Origin: Candidatus Aminicenantes bacterium | GTDB taxonomy: Bacteria; Acidobacteriota; Aminicenantia; Aminicenantales; Aminicenantaceae | Direction of reading: 5' to 3' | DNA length: 50,051 nucleotides | Assembly: GCA_041686095.1 (NCBI GenBank) | Contig: JAWLEN010000005.1 | Location: 1 to 50,051 of the forward strand | In this document: in pieces, positions 40,167-49,628 of the stretch | Layout of the letters: every line of letters begins with the position of its first letter | How positions within the stretch are numbered: the stretch's first letter is position 1 | The notes under the pieces: model-generated | Seen by the model: the letters and a program-made list of their open reading frames with translations, nothing else | Database searches by the model: none | What the model was told of the DNA's origin: nothing | Program-made: the position numbers and the translations under genes

Positions 40167-41156
40167 TCACCTTTTTTTGGCCAGTACATAAAAATTCCTG
40201 TATCGACGGTTCATGACTTTACATCGGAAATCTTCCACCCTGTAGCCAGTCTTAAAAAGTTTTTTAAAAGCTTTTCGGGTCCTCATCCTCCAGTCTAGGG
40301 GGATGTGTCTGATCCTTTCATCTGATACATCTGTTTCCCGAATCATCCTGTAAAAATCATAAGGGATTTCTACCAGAAGGAATTTTTTTGAGGTTTTTTG
40401 CCTATCAAAGTCAATTTCTTGACTCACTTCCATATCCGTCTGAAGGTTTTTCCCTTTTATTTTTTCAAGACGGGAGCTCAAAACCAGACAGTCCTGCCTC
40501 AAAAGCGAATCTAAATCATAATCCTGCTTTTTTTTCTTTTCTTTCAATCTCCATAAAACAAAGAATCGGTCACTGGGGAGATCTTTTCTATTCAAAGCGC
40601 CAGAAAAACCTTTGTAAAAAGATTCTTTATAATCCATGACTTCCATTCCCAGCTTATGGATGTTCCGATAAGCGTTAACTCCTGTCAGGGGATCAAATGT
40701 GCAGGTTATGGTATCAATATGAAAAATATCCTTGACAATCTTTTTCTGGAACTGCTTGAGCATGAGCCCCAAATTTAAATTCCGGCACTCTTGTCTCACC
40801 GCCGCATATTGAGAATAAAAATTAAGATTGCTGACTTTTTGATAGGCTGTATTTTTGTTGAGCACTCCTACATATCCATATGCAAACCCTATAAAATGAT
40901 TTTCATCCCTCCTTATATTTCCTTTTTCATCTTCAGCATAAATACCTAAGAAAAGACTGCTTCCATCATTGAAATAATTCTCAGCGGCCATGTTTCTGGG
41001 ACAGGATAAATGGTCACTAGGATCTTCCCATATTTCCATCCGCATCCTCTCGTATTTTTTATAATCCATCTCATCCTGAGATATTTCTACAAAAAATAGA
41101 AATCTTCTTCCCTTAGAATTTTTGATTTCTTCTAACTCATTCATGGCAGGCATCAT
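40167..41156 (-). CDS. GNAT acyltransferase (COG3375-like)
   Basis: YSQYAAV..RNLNLGLMLKQFQ, TFDPL..NAYRNIHKLG, LPSDRF, LVEIP, WRMRTR. Confidence 0.8.
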   Translation of the reverse strand: MMPAMNELEEIKNSKGRRFLFFVEISQDEMDYKKYERMRMEIWEDPSDHLSCPRNMAAENYFNDGSSLFLGIYAEDEKGNIRRDENHFIGFAYGYVGVLNKNTAYQKVSNLNFYSQYAAVRQECRNLNLGLMLKQFQKKIVKDIFHIDTITCTFDPLTGVNAYRNIHKLGMEVMDYKESFYKGFSGALNRKDLPSDRFFVLWRLKEKKKKQDYDLDSLLRQDCLVLSSRLEKIKGKNLQTDMEVSQEIDFDRQKTSKKFLLVEIPYDFYRMIRETDVSDERIRHIPLDWRMRTRKAFKKLFKTGYRVEDFRCKVMNRRYRNFYVLAKKR

Positions 41157-41269
41157 TCAAAGATTTTATCGGACTCATAAGACAATAGTCAAGAATGCAG
41201 AAACAACATTTTCCTTTGTATTGAATAACATTTTCTGGTAAAAATATGACCTGAGACACTCATAATTCC

Positions 41270-42202
41270 ATGAAAAAAGAAAATTTTTTATCAAATAAAA
41301 GAATTGTCTGTATTATCAATCCCTATGCTGCAAATAATAAATGGATTCGGAATAGATTAATCAGGAATTATATAAAAAAAAATATACCTGGAAAAATAAT
41401 CGCCCTTCATAAAAATAAACACTACACCATTCAAACAGCCAAAAGATTATGCCGGAATTTTGACACAATCATTGTGGCGGGTGGAGACGGCACCATAGCG
41501 GATGTCATCCAGGGGATTATGGATTCGGGTCGAAATAAACATATCTCACTGGGAGTTATTCCATTAGGAAGCGGAAATGCCTTTAGCATCTCTTTAAAAA
41601 TCCCACTGAGCATAAGAAAAGCCTTAAAAATAATCAAAAAGGGCGTTAGTAAGGAAATCGATTTGATAAAAATAAATAACAAATATGCCTCATTTGGAAG
41701 CGTGGGAGCCACAGCTCAAGTGCTGGTTGAGAAACTTAAAAATAAAATACCAGGGTTTTTAGGCCATATACTTTCCGCCCGGATCATGCTGCGATTATCT
41801 AGAAAAAAGCAGGAAATAGAGCTTTTTGATGGGGTGGATGACAAGGGAATCCATTTTGACAGAAAGCATTTGAAATTAAAAGTATTTGATGGCTTCATAG
41901 GAAAAAGCAAACATTTTGGATATGGATGGATGATCGCACCTAAAGCAAAAATAGACGATGGTTATATAGACATGACATTTTTAGAAATAAGCAACCTGAG
42001 ATTTCTCCTCTTCTTCCCCTATATTTTTTTCGGCATTTTCCAAAAAACACAAAAACATTTCAAAGCAAAAAAAATAATCATAAAAGGGAACAAACTGCCT
42101 GTTCAATATAATGGAGAATGGCTGGGGAAAACAGATACCGTTCGAATAAACATCCTTCCAAAAGCTCTCAAGGTGCTGACGCCGTTGGGATATAGAAAAT
42201 AA
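41270..42202 (+). CDS. Diacylglycerol/lipid kinase family (YegS/BmrU-like)
   Basis: IINPYA, VAGGDGTI, LGVIPLGSGNAF, IDL, APKAKIDDG, QYNGE. Confidence 0.88.
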   Translation: MKKENFLSNKRIVCIINPYAANNKWIRNRLIRNYIKKNIPGKIIALHKNKHYTIQTAKRLCRNFDTIIVAGGDGTIADVIQGIMDSGRNKHISLGVIPLGSGNAFSISLKIPLSIRKALKIIKKGVSKEIDLIKINNKYASFGSVGATAQVLVEKLKNKIPGFLGHILSARIMLRLSRKKQEIELFDGVDDKGIHFDRKHLKLKVFDGFIGKSKHFGYGWMIAPKAKIDDGYIDMTFLEISNLRFLLFFPYIFFGIFQKTQKHFKAKKIIIKGNKLPVQYNGEWLGKTDTVRINILPKALKVLTPLGYRK

Positions 42203-42216
42203 TCAAATAAATCCAT

Positions 42217-43143
42217 TCACCGCTGTGACACAACCAAAGTGAATGCCTGGACAGCCAATTCTGGAAAAGTTCTCCCCCCTAAACTCTTGATACGGTCAAC
42301 ACTCCCGAATTCATTCACTTCAAGAAAAGGGGAAGCTTTCTGTGAAATTTTCTCATAGATGTTGGCAAGCGCAATGATACTGGCCCCGATATTGATATCA
42401 TCTAAATTTTTATCAAGATTATCAGGATTTTTTAAATAATGATGATAATAATCTTCAAGCAAAGGCTCTATTTCATCTAAAAGAGAGGCGGTTGATTTTA
42501 AAACGACTTTTTCTCTATCACTTAAAGAAGACTCTGTTGTCTTTATCTCCTTAGACCAGAAATCTGATAACTCATAAAAAAAAGAAAGGCTTTTACGGAG
42601 TGCTGTGGATTCTGACAGGAGAGCTGCTGACTTTATGTTCTCTACTTCTCTGGTTTCAAGTCCAGCAGCCTCTGCTATTTTACCTGCTGTATGAGATATT
42701 CTCACAGAGGCAGGCTGCTCTTCATCTCCATATTCCAAATATTTAAACATAATTTCCAGAATACCTATATAGGCTGTTTTCAGTTTTTTTAGTCTGGTTT
42801 CCCTCTGTTCTGAAGCCGTGCCTATGACCGCTCCTGTCAGCAGCAGAAAACTGCCCCAGGCTAAAACATTAATAAATTCAGGAAAAGTTAAAATGCTTTC
42901 AGCTTGGGTGGCTCTCCCTGTGAATAAAAGATAACAAATCACCACCAGGATACTGAAAAGCGCCGTTAAAACCCCCTGTCTTTTCCCAAGAAAATGCCCT
43001 GAAAGAATCACTGGCAAGAAAAAAAAGTTAAGAAATGCCAGTTTATACTGAACAAGAAGGGCTGTCCCTATAACACCTAAAAATATTAGAATAACTAAAG
43101 ACAGCTCAAAATGCTTGACCACAAAATCTTTTATCTTATTCAT
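42217..43143 (-). CDS. Membrane protein with degenerate HD-GYP-like domain
   Basis: 4 TM, then SVRISHTAGKIAEAAGL...IKSAALLSE, YHH, INIGASIIALANIYE, GRTFPELAVQAF. Confidence 0.65.
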   Translation of the reverse strand: MNKIKDFVVKHFELSLVILIFLGVIGTALLVQYKLAFLNFFFLPVILSGHFLGKRQGVLTALFSILVVICYLLFTGRATQAESILTFPEFINVLAWGSFLLLTGAVIGTASEQRETRLKKLKTAYIGILEIMFKYLEYGDEEQPASVRISHTAGKIAEAAGLETREVENIKSAALLSESTALRKSLSFFYELSDFWSKEIKTTESSLSDREKVVLKSTASLLDEIEPLLEDYYHHYLKNPDNLDKNLDDINIGASIIALANIYEKISQKASPFLEVNEFGSVDRIKSLGGRTFPELAVQAFTLVVSQR

Positions 43144-43280
43144 TTTGCTTATTTGAAGATAGACAAATCAACCCATTCTTATAATTCTATCCTTTATATA
43201 TCACCACAGTCCAGATTAGTCAACCTTTGAATTTATCCTCCTAAGTATCTATATTTGGGTGAGAGGTTTATTGTATCCTA

Positions 43281-43322
43281 AAGGGGAATCGAGCGGGTGA
43301 CGAATCCCATCCCCTACCCCTT
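43281..43322 (+). repeat. Right-arm fragment of the MITE internal sequence
   Basis: 23-nt exact match GAATCGAGCGGGTGACGAATCCC (43286-43308 = 5460-5482), followed by a similar C-rich arm. Confidence 0.75.
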
Positions 43323-43435
43323 GTAAAGGTTTGGGAGACGTTTTTTTTATTGACTATTTTTCTGATTCCAATTATCCTATTTGACAAAAATGGGGGATTT
43401 AATATTTTTTGAATATAAAATGAAAGGAGAATAAC

Positions 43436-43876
43436 TTGAACAACCAAAAAGAAACACCCGCACCTGATAAAGATATAAAAATTCAAGTATCCGGGCCTTC
43501 CATAGGACTTCTCATCACAGGTATTATTGGGGCTTTATCTTCCTTAGGAACTCTGATTTCCCTTGTCATTGGCATAAGTTTTTTAAGCATGCCGCGATTT
43601 TATTCTGAGATTCCTGATGATTTTCCTGTCAATATCGAAGAAATATTTAAAGGCTCATTTGCCATAGGAAGCTCCTTTGTAGGGATTATTGTGGCGGGAT
43701 TGATTATTTTCGCTGCTTTAAAAATGAAAGAACTTGAACAATGGGGCCTAGCTTTAACTGCCAGCATCCTGGCCATGATACCCTGTATAAGCCCCTGCTG
43801 CATCATAGGACTTCCCATCGGAATATGGTGCCTGGTGGTCTTAACAAAGCCTGAAGTCAAAAATGCATTCAGTTGA
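43436..43876 (+). CDS. Membrane protein with Cys-rich PCISPCC motif
   Basis: AGGAG SD, TTG start, 3-4 TM, IPCISPCCIIGLPIGIWCLVVL..PEVKNAF. Confidence 0.75.
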   Translation: MNNQKETPAPDKDIKIQVSGPSIGLLITGIIGALSSLGTLISLVIGISFLSMPRFYSEIPDDFPVNIEEIFKGSFAIGSSFVGIIVAGLIIFAALKMKELEQWGLALTASILAMIPCISPCCIIGLPIGIWCLVVLTKPEVKNAFS

Positions 43877-44307
43877 AACAAATTCCTGCTGAGACTCCTC
43901 ATTTAATTGTTTTATTTATCTGTTTGTTTATCATAGCAGGTTCTTTTATTCTCAAACCTCCAACCAAGGAAACTCCCTATCTAAAATTAGGCTCTCTGCC
44001 TATGCCTGAAATCTGCACCTTCCATAATCTGACGGGTCTTCCATGTCCTGGATGCGGTCTGACCCGCTCCATGGTGGCAGGAGTTCACGGTCAGTGGAAA
44101 GCCAGTTTTAAGTACCACCGGTTGGGAATATTGACTCTTTTTTATCTCTTTCTTCAAATCATCTATAGAACCGCTTTAATATTGGGAGCTGATCAGGAAA
44201 ATCTTTTAATCCGGTCAGGAAAAATTTTAAATAAAGGTTTGATAATTCTGGCTTCTCTTTTTATCATTAACTGGATCTTTAACCTGGGCGATATATTGCT
44301 TCTCTGA
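43873..44307 (+). CDS. DUF2752 membrane protein
   Basis: CTFHNLTGLPCPGCGLTRS; 4-nt overlap with the upstream gene. Confidence 0.88.
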   Translation: MKQIPAETPHLIVLFICLFIIAGSFILKPPTKETPYLKLGSLPMPEICTFHNLTGLPCPGCGLTRSMVAGVHGQWKASFKYHRLGILTLFYLFLQIIYRTALILGADQENLLIRSGKILNKGLIILASLFIINWIFNLGDILLL

Positions 44308-44322
44308 AATTACACTCAGCTG

Positions 44323-45141
44323 TTACCTAAGAGTAATGACCTTTCCCACTCCCATAGTAACATAATTTTCCCCATAAGCTTCTTTAAAAAGGCTTATAGC
44401 CTTGTCTCCGGTACAGTGAGTGGCCCCACACATAGTGACCCCCAGTTCATTGAATCTTTCAATAATCTGATGAACCTGGCTGTCAGATTTTGACATAAGG
44501 TGAAACCCCCCAAAGGCAAAATAGATCTCCCCATCTAGCACTTTCTTCGCCCTTTCAACAATATCAACAATGCCCGGATGAGCGCAGCCTGTAATCAACA
44601 CGCCGCCTTGGTCTGTTTTTATTATCAAAGACTGTTCCTTAATGGAAGTGCCCATCTCACCGGTCAATAAAACATTGGGACATATTTCCATGGGTTCAGA
44701 TACTCTCACAGCTGTGGATCCATTCTCTTCAATGGTTTTTACAAAGCTGTCAGGAAACGAAGAAGGTAGGTAAACCAGCACCTGTTTCACCTTTTCCAAA
44801 ACAGAAACAAGTCCACCGGTATGGTCCCTATGGATGTGAGAAAGAACAATCAAATCGACTTCATTTATGTCCACATCAAGGAAGTGGATATTGTGCCAAA
44901 GGATCTTTCCCTGAGTTCCTGTATCAAAAAGAATGGTTTTTTCTAATCCTGTGACAAGACAAGAAAAGCCCCAGTCTGATTTTGTTCCTTCCGTATAAAC
45001 TGTGTTGTCATAAAGTATTTGGACTTGGATGTTGTTTTCAGCACCCCTCATGGAAGCTGCCTTCATGCCGAAGGTTTTTATGGTGAGAGAAAAAACAATC
45101 ACAAAAACAGATATTAAAAAGATTTTTTTGTTTGAAATCAA
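44323..45141 (-). CDS. MBL-fold hydrolase (COG1237-like) with signal peptide
   Basis: ILYDN, WGFSCL, LFDTG, LSHIHRDHTGG, EQSL, TGCAHPG, GGFHL, HCTG; SD AAGGAGG + TTG. Confidence 0.88.
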   Translation of the reverse strand: MISNKKIFLISVFVIVFSLTIKTFGMKAASMRGAENNIQVQILYDNTVYTEGTKSDWGFSCLVTGLEKTILFDTGTQGKILWHNIHFLDVDINEVDLIVLSHIHRDHTGGLVSVLEKVKQVLVYLPSSFPDSFVKTIEENGSTAVRVSEPMEICPNVLLTGEMGTSIKEQSLIIKTDQGGVLITGCAHPGIVDIVERAKKVLDGEIYFAFGGFHLMSKSDSQVHQIIERFNELGVTMCGATHCTGDKAISLFKEAYGENYVTMGVGKVITLR

Positions 45142-45216
45142 AGGTACCTCCTTAATTTTTTATCTCTTTTTTTTATAATCCAAAACAAAAATAAATTCCA
45201 GCCATTTCAGATAACC

Positions 45217-45948
45217 TCAGGATTTCTCTTTCATCCCAACTCCTTTTGAAAAAACAGCCAGGAGCAGCCTTTTGTCCTTATGACTCATTCCCAGCCGTCC
45301 AAAAAGGTCATACATCATATCAATGACATGAGATCTGTTGGTGTTATGGATAAATTTATTATCTTCTAACTTATTTATTATCATTTGAATACATTCTTCC
45401 TGCTCTTTTCTTGTCATCAGTTGGGGGTCTTCTTCTTGTTTTTTCTGATAACTTCCTTGAATAAAAATCTGGAATAGAGTGAGGAGTACGGCAGAGGCAA
45501 GATTATATGAAGGCTGATCTTGTTTCTGAGGTATTGAAAACCTGAAATTTGAATGTCGCAGTTCATCTGAAACCAAACCAGTCCTCTCATTTCCAAAAAC
45601 AAGGCCTATTTTTGTTCTGGGAGAAAAACCCATTATCTTTTTCACAGCCTCATTAAAATTTATAGAAGTAAAATCTTTTCTATGCCTTGCTGCCGCTGCA
45701 AACACAATTTCCAGGTCCTTGACAGCTTCATAAAGGTCAGAATATATGATTGCATTTCTTAAGATTTCTTTGGAATGTACAGCCGTCCTATAAGCAGTTT
45801 CTGATATAGGTTGATCCAGTATTAACCTTAAATTTTTAAATCCTGTATTCTTCATCCCTCTAGCAACAAGTCCTATGTTCTCTGGATGACTCGGTCTGGA
45901 AAGAATGACAAATATATTTTTTCCTGAAAAATTTTTTAAAAGCACCAA
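45217..45948 (-). CDS. trmJ: TrmJ/LasT SPOUT RNA methyltransferase
   Basis: PSHPENIGLVARGMKNTG, VFGNERTGL, SYNLASAV. Confidence 0.82.
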   Translation of the reverse strand: MVLLKNFSGKNIFVILSRPSHPENIGLVARGMKNTGFKNLRLILDQPISETAYRTAVHSKEILRNAIIYSDLYEAVKDLEIVFAAAARHRKDFTSINFNEAVKKIMGFSPRTKIGLVFGNERTGLVSDELRHSNFRFSIPQKQDQPSYNLASAVLLTLFQIFIQGSYQKKQEEDPQLMTRKEQEECIQMIINKLEDNKFIHNTNRSHVIDMMYDLFGRLGMSHKDKRLLLAVFSKGVGMKEKS

Positions 45949-45994
45949 TCATCCCCCTCTTTTATTATATAATTTCTGCTTATTTCATTGGCAC

Positions 45995-46417
45995 TCAATA
46001 CTTTCCAGTGCTTCCAAATCCCCCTTCACCTCTTGGGGTCTCATCAAGGCTCTGGACTTCCACAACCTCTAATTCCATAACAGGTTGAATAAGCATCTGG
46101 GCTATTTTCATTCCTTTTTCTATAACAAAGGGCTTTTTTCCAAGATTAACCAAAACCACTTTGACCTCTCCTCTGTATCCGGAATCGATCACTCCAGCTA
46201 ACCTGTGAACAGATTTGAGTGAAATACCGCTTTTATCCCAAATAAGTCCCGCGTAACCCTCTGGAATGGCCACTTTGATTCCTGTGGAAATGGGCTTGGC
46301 TTCAAATGGATTCAGTTTGTATTCCTGGCAAGAAAACAAATCCAGCCCTGCATCCCCTTTGTGTCCCCAGGAAGGAATTTTTGCTTCTCTGTTTATTCTC
46401 TTCACTTTTAGTTTCAT
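45995..46417 (-). CDS. dut: dUTPase
   Basis: DAGLDL, GVIDSGYRGEV, KIAQ, RGEGGFGSTG; ATG at 46417 after GAAGGA. Confidence 0.95.
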   Translation of the reverse strand: MKLKVKRINREAKIPSWGHKGDAGLDLFSCQEYKLNPFEAKPISTGIKVAIPEGYAGLIWDKSGISLKSVHRLAGVIDSGYRGEVKVVLVNLGKKPFVIEKGMKIAQMLIQPVMELEVVEVQSLDETPRGEGGFGSTGKY

Positions 46418-46418
46418 T

Positions 46419-47117
46419 TTAAATTCCTTCCAGGTTGACTTTTGAAAAGTATTTTTCAGAGATTCTTGCATACTCTTGTATTTCCTCTTTGGGATAGGGT
46501 TTAATGTCTCTATACGACTTATCCAGAGTGTTTTTTGGTGAAAACTGCTGAAGCTGAAACAAAGGACTTCCTTTTAGCATCTTTCCTATTTCTTCAATAT
46601 CTTTCCTGCCTATAAGGCCTGGCACAACCGTTGTTCTGTACATGGTATCAACTTTTGAATTATTGATAATCTCAATGCTCTTTTTAATATCATCGGTATC
46701 GACATCCACTCCGGAAGCAAGAGAATATTTACCTAAAATCGCTTTTATATCCATAGCCACATAATCGACAAGACCTTTTTCTATGATTTCTTCTAATCGA
46801 TTAGGAAAAGAACCATTGGTATCGATCTTAACCCGGAGTCCTCTCTGCTTGATGAGAGCCAACAGTTCTATGATATCTTCGTGCATCAGAGGTTCGCCTC
46901 CAGTCACACACACAGCATCTAACCAATCTTTTCTGGAATCAAGAAAATCTAAGAAAAAATCTTGAGGTATGACCGGAATATCCCCTGGATTTAAAACAAG
47001 GTCAGAATTATGACAAAAAGGACATCGAAAATTACATCCCCCCACAAATATGGTGGATGAAATATGACCTGGAAAATCTTTGGGAGCGAACTTCTCTAAT
47101 CCTCTGATTGCAGCCAA
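46419..47117 (-). CDS. nrdG: Anaerobic RNR activating radical SAM enzyme
   Basis: GCNFRCPFCHN, TGGEP, KIDTNGS, AMDIK, RTTVVP. Confidence 0.93.
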   Translation of the reverse strand: MAAIRGLEKFAPKDFPGHISSTIFVGGCNFRCPFCHNSDLVLNPGDIPVIPQDFFLDFLDSRKDWLDAVCVTGGEPLMHEDIIELLALIKQRGLRVKIDTNGSFPNRLEEIIEKGLVDYVAMDIKAILGKYSLASGVDVDTDDIKKSIEIINNSKVDTMYRTTVVPGLIGRKDIEEIGKMLKGSPLFQLQQFSPKNTLDKSYRDIKPYPKEEIQEYARISEKYFSKVNLEGI

Positions 47118-47362
47118 TTTCTAAGCTCCTGGGGGGTGTTTATGACTTTTTTGACTTCACCATCTTCTTCGATCAAGAGTGTGGGAATGATGATCCCGCC
47201 CTTTTCATCGCGTTTGATGACTTTGAGATAATCTCTGATTTTAATCTTACTTTCTCTGTTGACAAGGTTATATTCTTTGCCTTTTAATCCAGCTTGATCC
47301 AGCTCTTTTTTTAAGGACTCACAATTGGGACAATTCGGATACGTAAAAATGAGGTATTCCAT
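47096..47362 (-). CDS. Glutaredoxin/NrdH-like redoxin
   Basis: FTYPNCPNCESLK, IPTL; sits between nrdD and nrdG. Confidence 0.85.
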   Translation of the reverse strand: MEYLIFTYPNCPNCESLKKELDQAGLKGKEYNLVNRESKIKIRDYLKVIKRDEKGGIIIPTLLIEEDGEVKKVINTPQELRNWLQSED

Positions 47363-47363
47363 C

Positions 47364-49436
47364 TTATCCTACTTTCTCAAACGTTTTCCTTTCATTAAAC
47401 TCCTGCTTTTTCCCATCATTCCAAGTAGAGACAGGACGGAGATAGCCCACTATCCTGGAATAAACTTCAGTCACTTCTCCACAATTCGGACATTCACTCT
47501 TTTCTCCGGGAATATAGCCATGATTCGGACAAATACTGAATGTCGGTGTTATGCTGAAATAAGGCAGCCTGGTTTCAGCAATTTTTCTTACTAATTTTTT
47601 TGTGACGTCCTTATCCACAGCTTCGGGAAGGAAAGAATGGAATATAGTCCCTCCAGTATAGTAAGGCTGAATGTCCTTTTGATGATCCACCGCATCAAAG
47701 AGGTCTCTTGTGGCATCCACATTGAGCTGGGTTGAGTTGGTTAAAAAAGGATGTTTATCTGTTCCTGAAGTTTTGATATTCATGTATTTTTGCTTGTCAA
47801 GCCTGGCCAACCGATATGAGGTCGATTCTGCCGGAGTGGCCTCCAGATTAAAAAGGTTTCCAGTCTCTTCCTGAATGCCCTTAAGAACATCTCTCATAAA
47901 AACAAGAACCCTTTTAGTAAATTCTTTGGCTTCTGGTTCCTGAATTCCTTTTTTTAGAAAATTAAGACAGGCTTCATGCATTCCCAATAAACCTATGGTT
48001 GAAAAATGATTGTCAAAATGCCCCAGGTAGACTTTGGTATAAGGAATAAGTTCTTTTTCCAAAGTGTTGTTGACCACTTCTCTTTTTGTCTCTAAAGATT
48101 CTTTGGCCAGCACCATCGTGTGTTTGAGCTGGCTGAAAAATTCTTCTTCACTGCCTGCTTCATATCCTATTCTGTTCAGATTTATGGTCACAACACCTAT
48201 GGAACCTGTTGAATCACCCGGGCCCCACATATTTCCCGGCCTCTGCATTAATTCCCGCTGATCCAGGTTCAACCGACAGCACATAGCTCTTATGTCTCCG
48301 GGATCCATCTCTGTTCCTATATAATTTTGAAAATACGGGATTCCATACTTCGCTGTCACTTCAAACAAAAGGTCGGCCACCGGAGAATCCCAGTCAAAAT
48401 CCTTGGTCAGGTTGTAAGTGGGGATCGGAAAAGTAAACACACGTCCTTTTTGATCCCCCTCCATCATAAGCTCAAGAAAGGCTTTGTTTATCATATCCAT
48501 CTCTTTTTGATATTCACCATAAGTAGAATTTTTCTCTTCTCCTCCCACCACCACTTTCTTGTCTTTCATGTCACCCGGGACTGTCCAGTCAAAAGTAAGG
48601 TTTGAGAAAGGTGTCTGCCATCCCCACCGGGAAGGGACATTCAGCCCAAATATGAGTTTTTGAAGGTCCTGCTTGACTGCTTCGTAATCAAGCCCATCCT
48701 CTCTAACAAAAGGAGCCAAAAAGGTATCTACGCTGGAGAACGCTTGGGCTCCTGCAAATTCTCCCTGCATTGTCCCAATGAAATTGACCATATGAAGTGT
48801 CGCGGTCTCCATATGCTTTGCTGGAAATGAATGGACTTGATTGGGTACATGTCCAAATCCTTTTCTCAGTAAATTTTCCATGGACCATCCAGCACAGTAA
48901 CCCACTATAGGATAGGAAAGGTCATGAATATGTATATCTCCATTTAAGTGGGCTCTTTTCACATTCTCAGAATAAATCTGATTCAATGCAAAATTAGCCA
49001 GCACTTCCCCGGAAATTCTGGCATTTAATCCTGAGAAACTCATATCCCCTTCATTGCTGTTTTCCCTGACTTTCCAATCATACTCATTTATATAATCTTT
49101 AATCAGTCTTTCCAGGTTTATTCCTATCTTCTTTGCCTCACGAATTTCTTTATGTCTATCGCGATAGAGAATATAGGCTTTGGCCACCTCATGATATCCC
49201 TGTTTCATCAGCACCATTTCAACAATATCCTGTATTTGTTCTACAGAGGGGACCGTATAGCCGCCAAATTTATCCTCCAGCACAAACGTCACGATATCAG
49301 AGACACTTTTAGCCACATTTCTATCCATAATCCCTTTGGATTCCATGGCTTTATAGATGGCTGTGGTGATCTTTTCCTGAATAAAATCCCTTATTTTCCC
49401 ATCTCTTTTTCTAATCCGGGTGATTGTCCCTGTCAT
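47364..49436 (-). CDS. nrdD: Class III anaerobic ribonucleoside-triphosphate reductase with ATP-cone
   Basis: IRKRDG ATP-cone, HIHDL, YCAGW, FTFPIPTYN, MCCRL, EATPAES, CPNHG/CPNC, YSRIVGYLRP. Confidence 0.96.
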   Translation of the reverse strand: MTGTITRIRKRDGKIRDFIQEKITTAIYKAMESKGIMDRNVAKSVSDIVTFVLEDKFGGYTVPSVEQIQDIVEMVLMKQGYHEVAKAYILYRDRHKEIREAKKIGINLERLIKDYINEYDWKVRENSNEGDMSFSGLNARISGEVLANFALNQIYSENVKRAHLNGDIHIHDLSYPIVGYCAGWSMENLLRKGFGHVPNQVHSFPAKHMETATLHMVNFIGTMQGEFAGAQAFSSVDTFLAPFVREDGLDYEAVKQDLQKLIFGLNVPSRWGWQTPFSNLTFDWTVPGDMKDKKVVVGGEEKNSTYGEYQKEMDMINKAFLELMMEGDQKGRVFTFPIPTYNLTKDFDWDSPVADLLFEVTAKYGIPYFQNYIGTEMDPGDIRAMCCRLNLDQRELMQRPGNMWGPGDSTGSIGVVTINLNRIGYEAGSEEEFFSQLKHTMVLAKESLETKREVVNNTLEKELIPYTKVYLGHFDNHFSTIGLLGMHEACLNFLKKGIQEPEAKEFTKRVLVFMRDVLKGIQEETGNLFNLEATPAESTSYRLARLDKQKYMNIKTSGTDKHPFLTNSTQLNVDATRDLFDAVDHQKDIQPYYTGGTIFHSFLPEAVDKDVTKKLVRKIAETRLPYFSITPTFSICPNHGYIPGEKSECPNCGEVTEVYSRIVGYLRPVSTWNDGKKQEFNERKTFEKVG

Positions 49437-49486
49437 TAAATCCTCCTTTTATTCTTTAAGCACATAAAAAATAAACCCTCAGATAA

Positions 49487-49534
49487 AATCCATATATTGT
49501 ATATAACTGACTTAAAAAACACTAAATATTGTAT
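49487..49534. promoter_or_regulatory. Tandem NrdR boxes
   Basis: AATCCATATATTGTAT (49487-49502) and ACACTAAATATTGTAT (49519-49534) fit acaCwAtATaTwGtgt; starts are 32 bp apart; directly upstream of nrdD. Confidence 0.85.
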
Positions 49535-49544
49535 CTGTATTACA

Positions 49545-49573
49545 AACTTATAACTGTTTTGATTCATTGTCAA
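49545..49573 (-). promoter_or_regulatory. Putative sigma70 promoter of the nrdD operon
   Basis: Minus strand TTGACA (49573-49568), 17 nt, TAAGTT (49550-49545); NrdR boxes lie just downstream. Confidence 0.6.
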
Positions 49574-49628
49574 GAACAAAAATAAATTTTTTTAAAAAAA
49601 TTATTTATGCTAAAATAACCTCAAAAAA

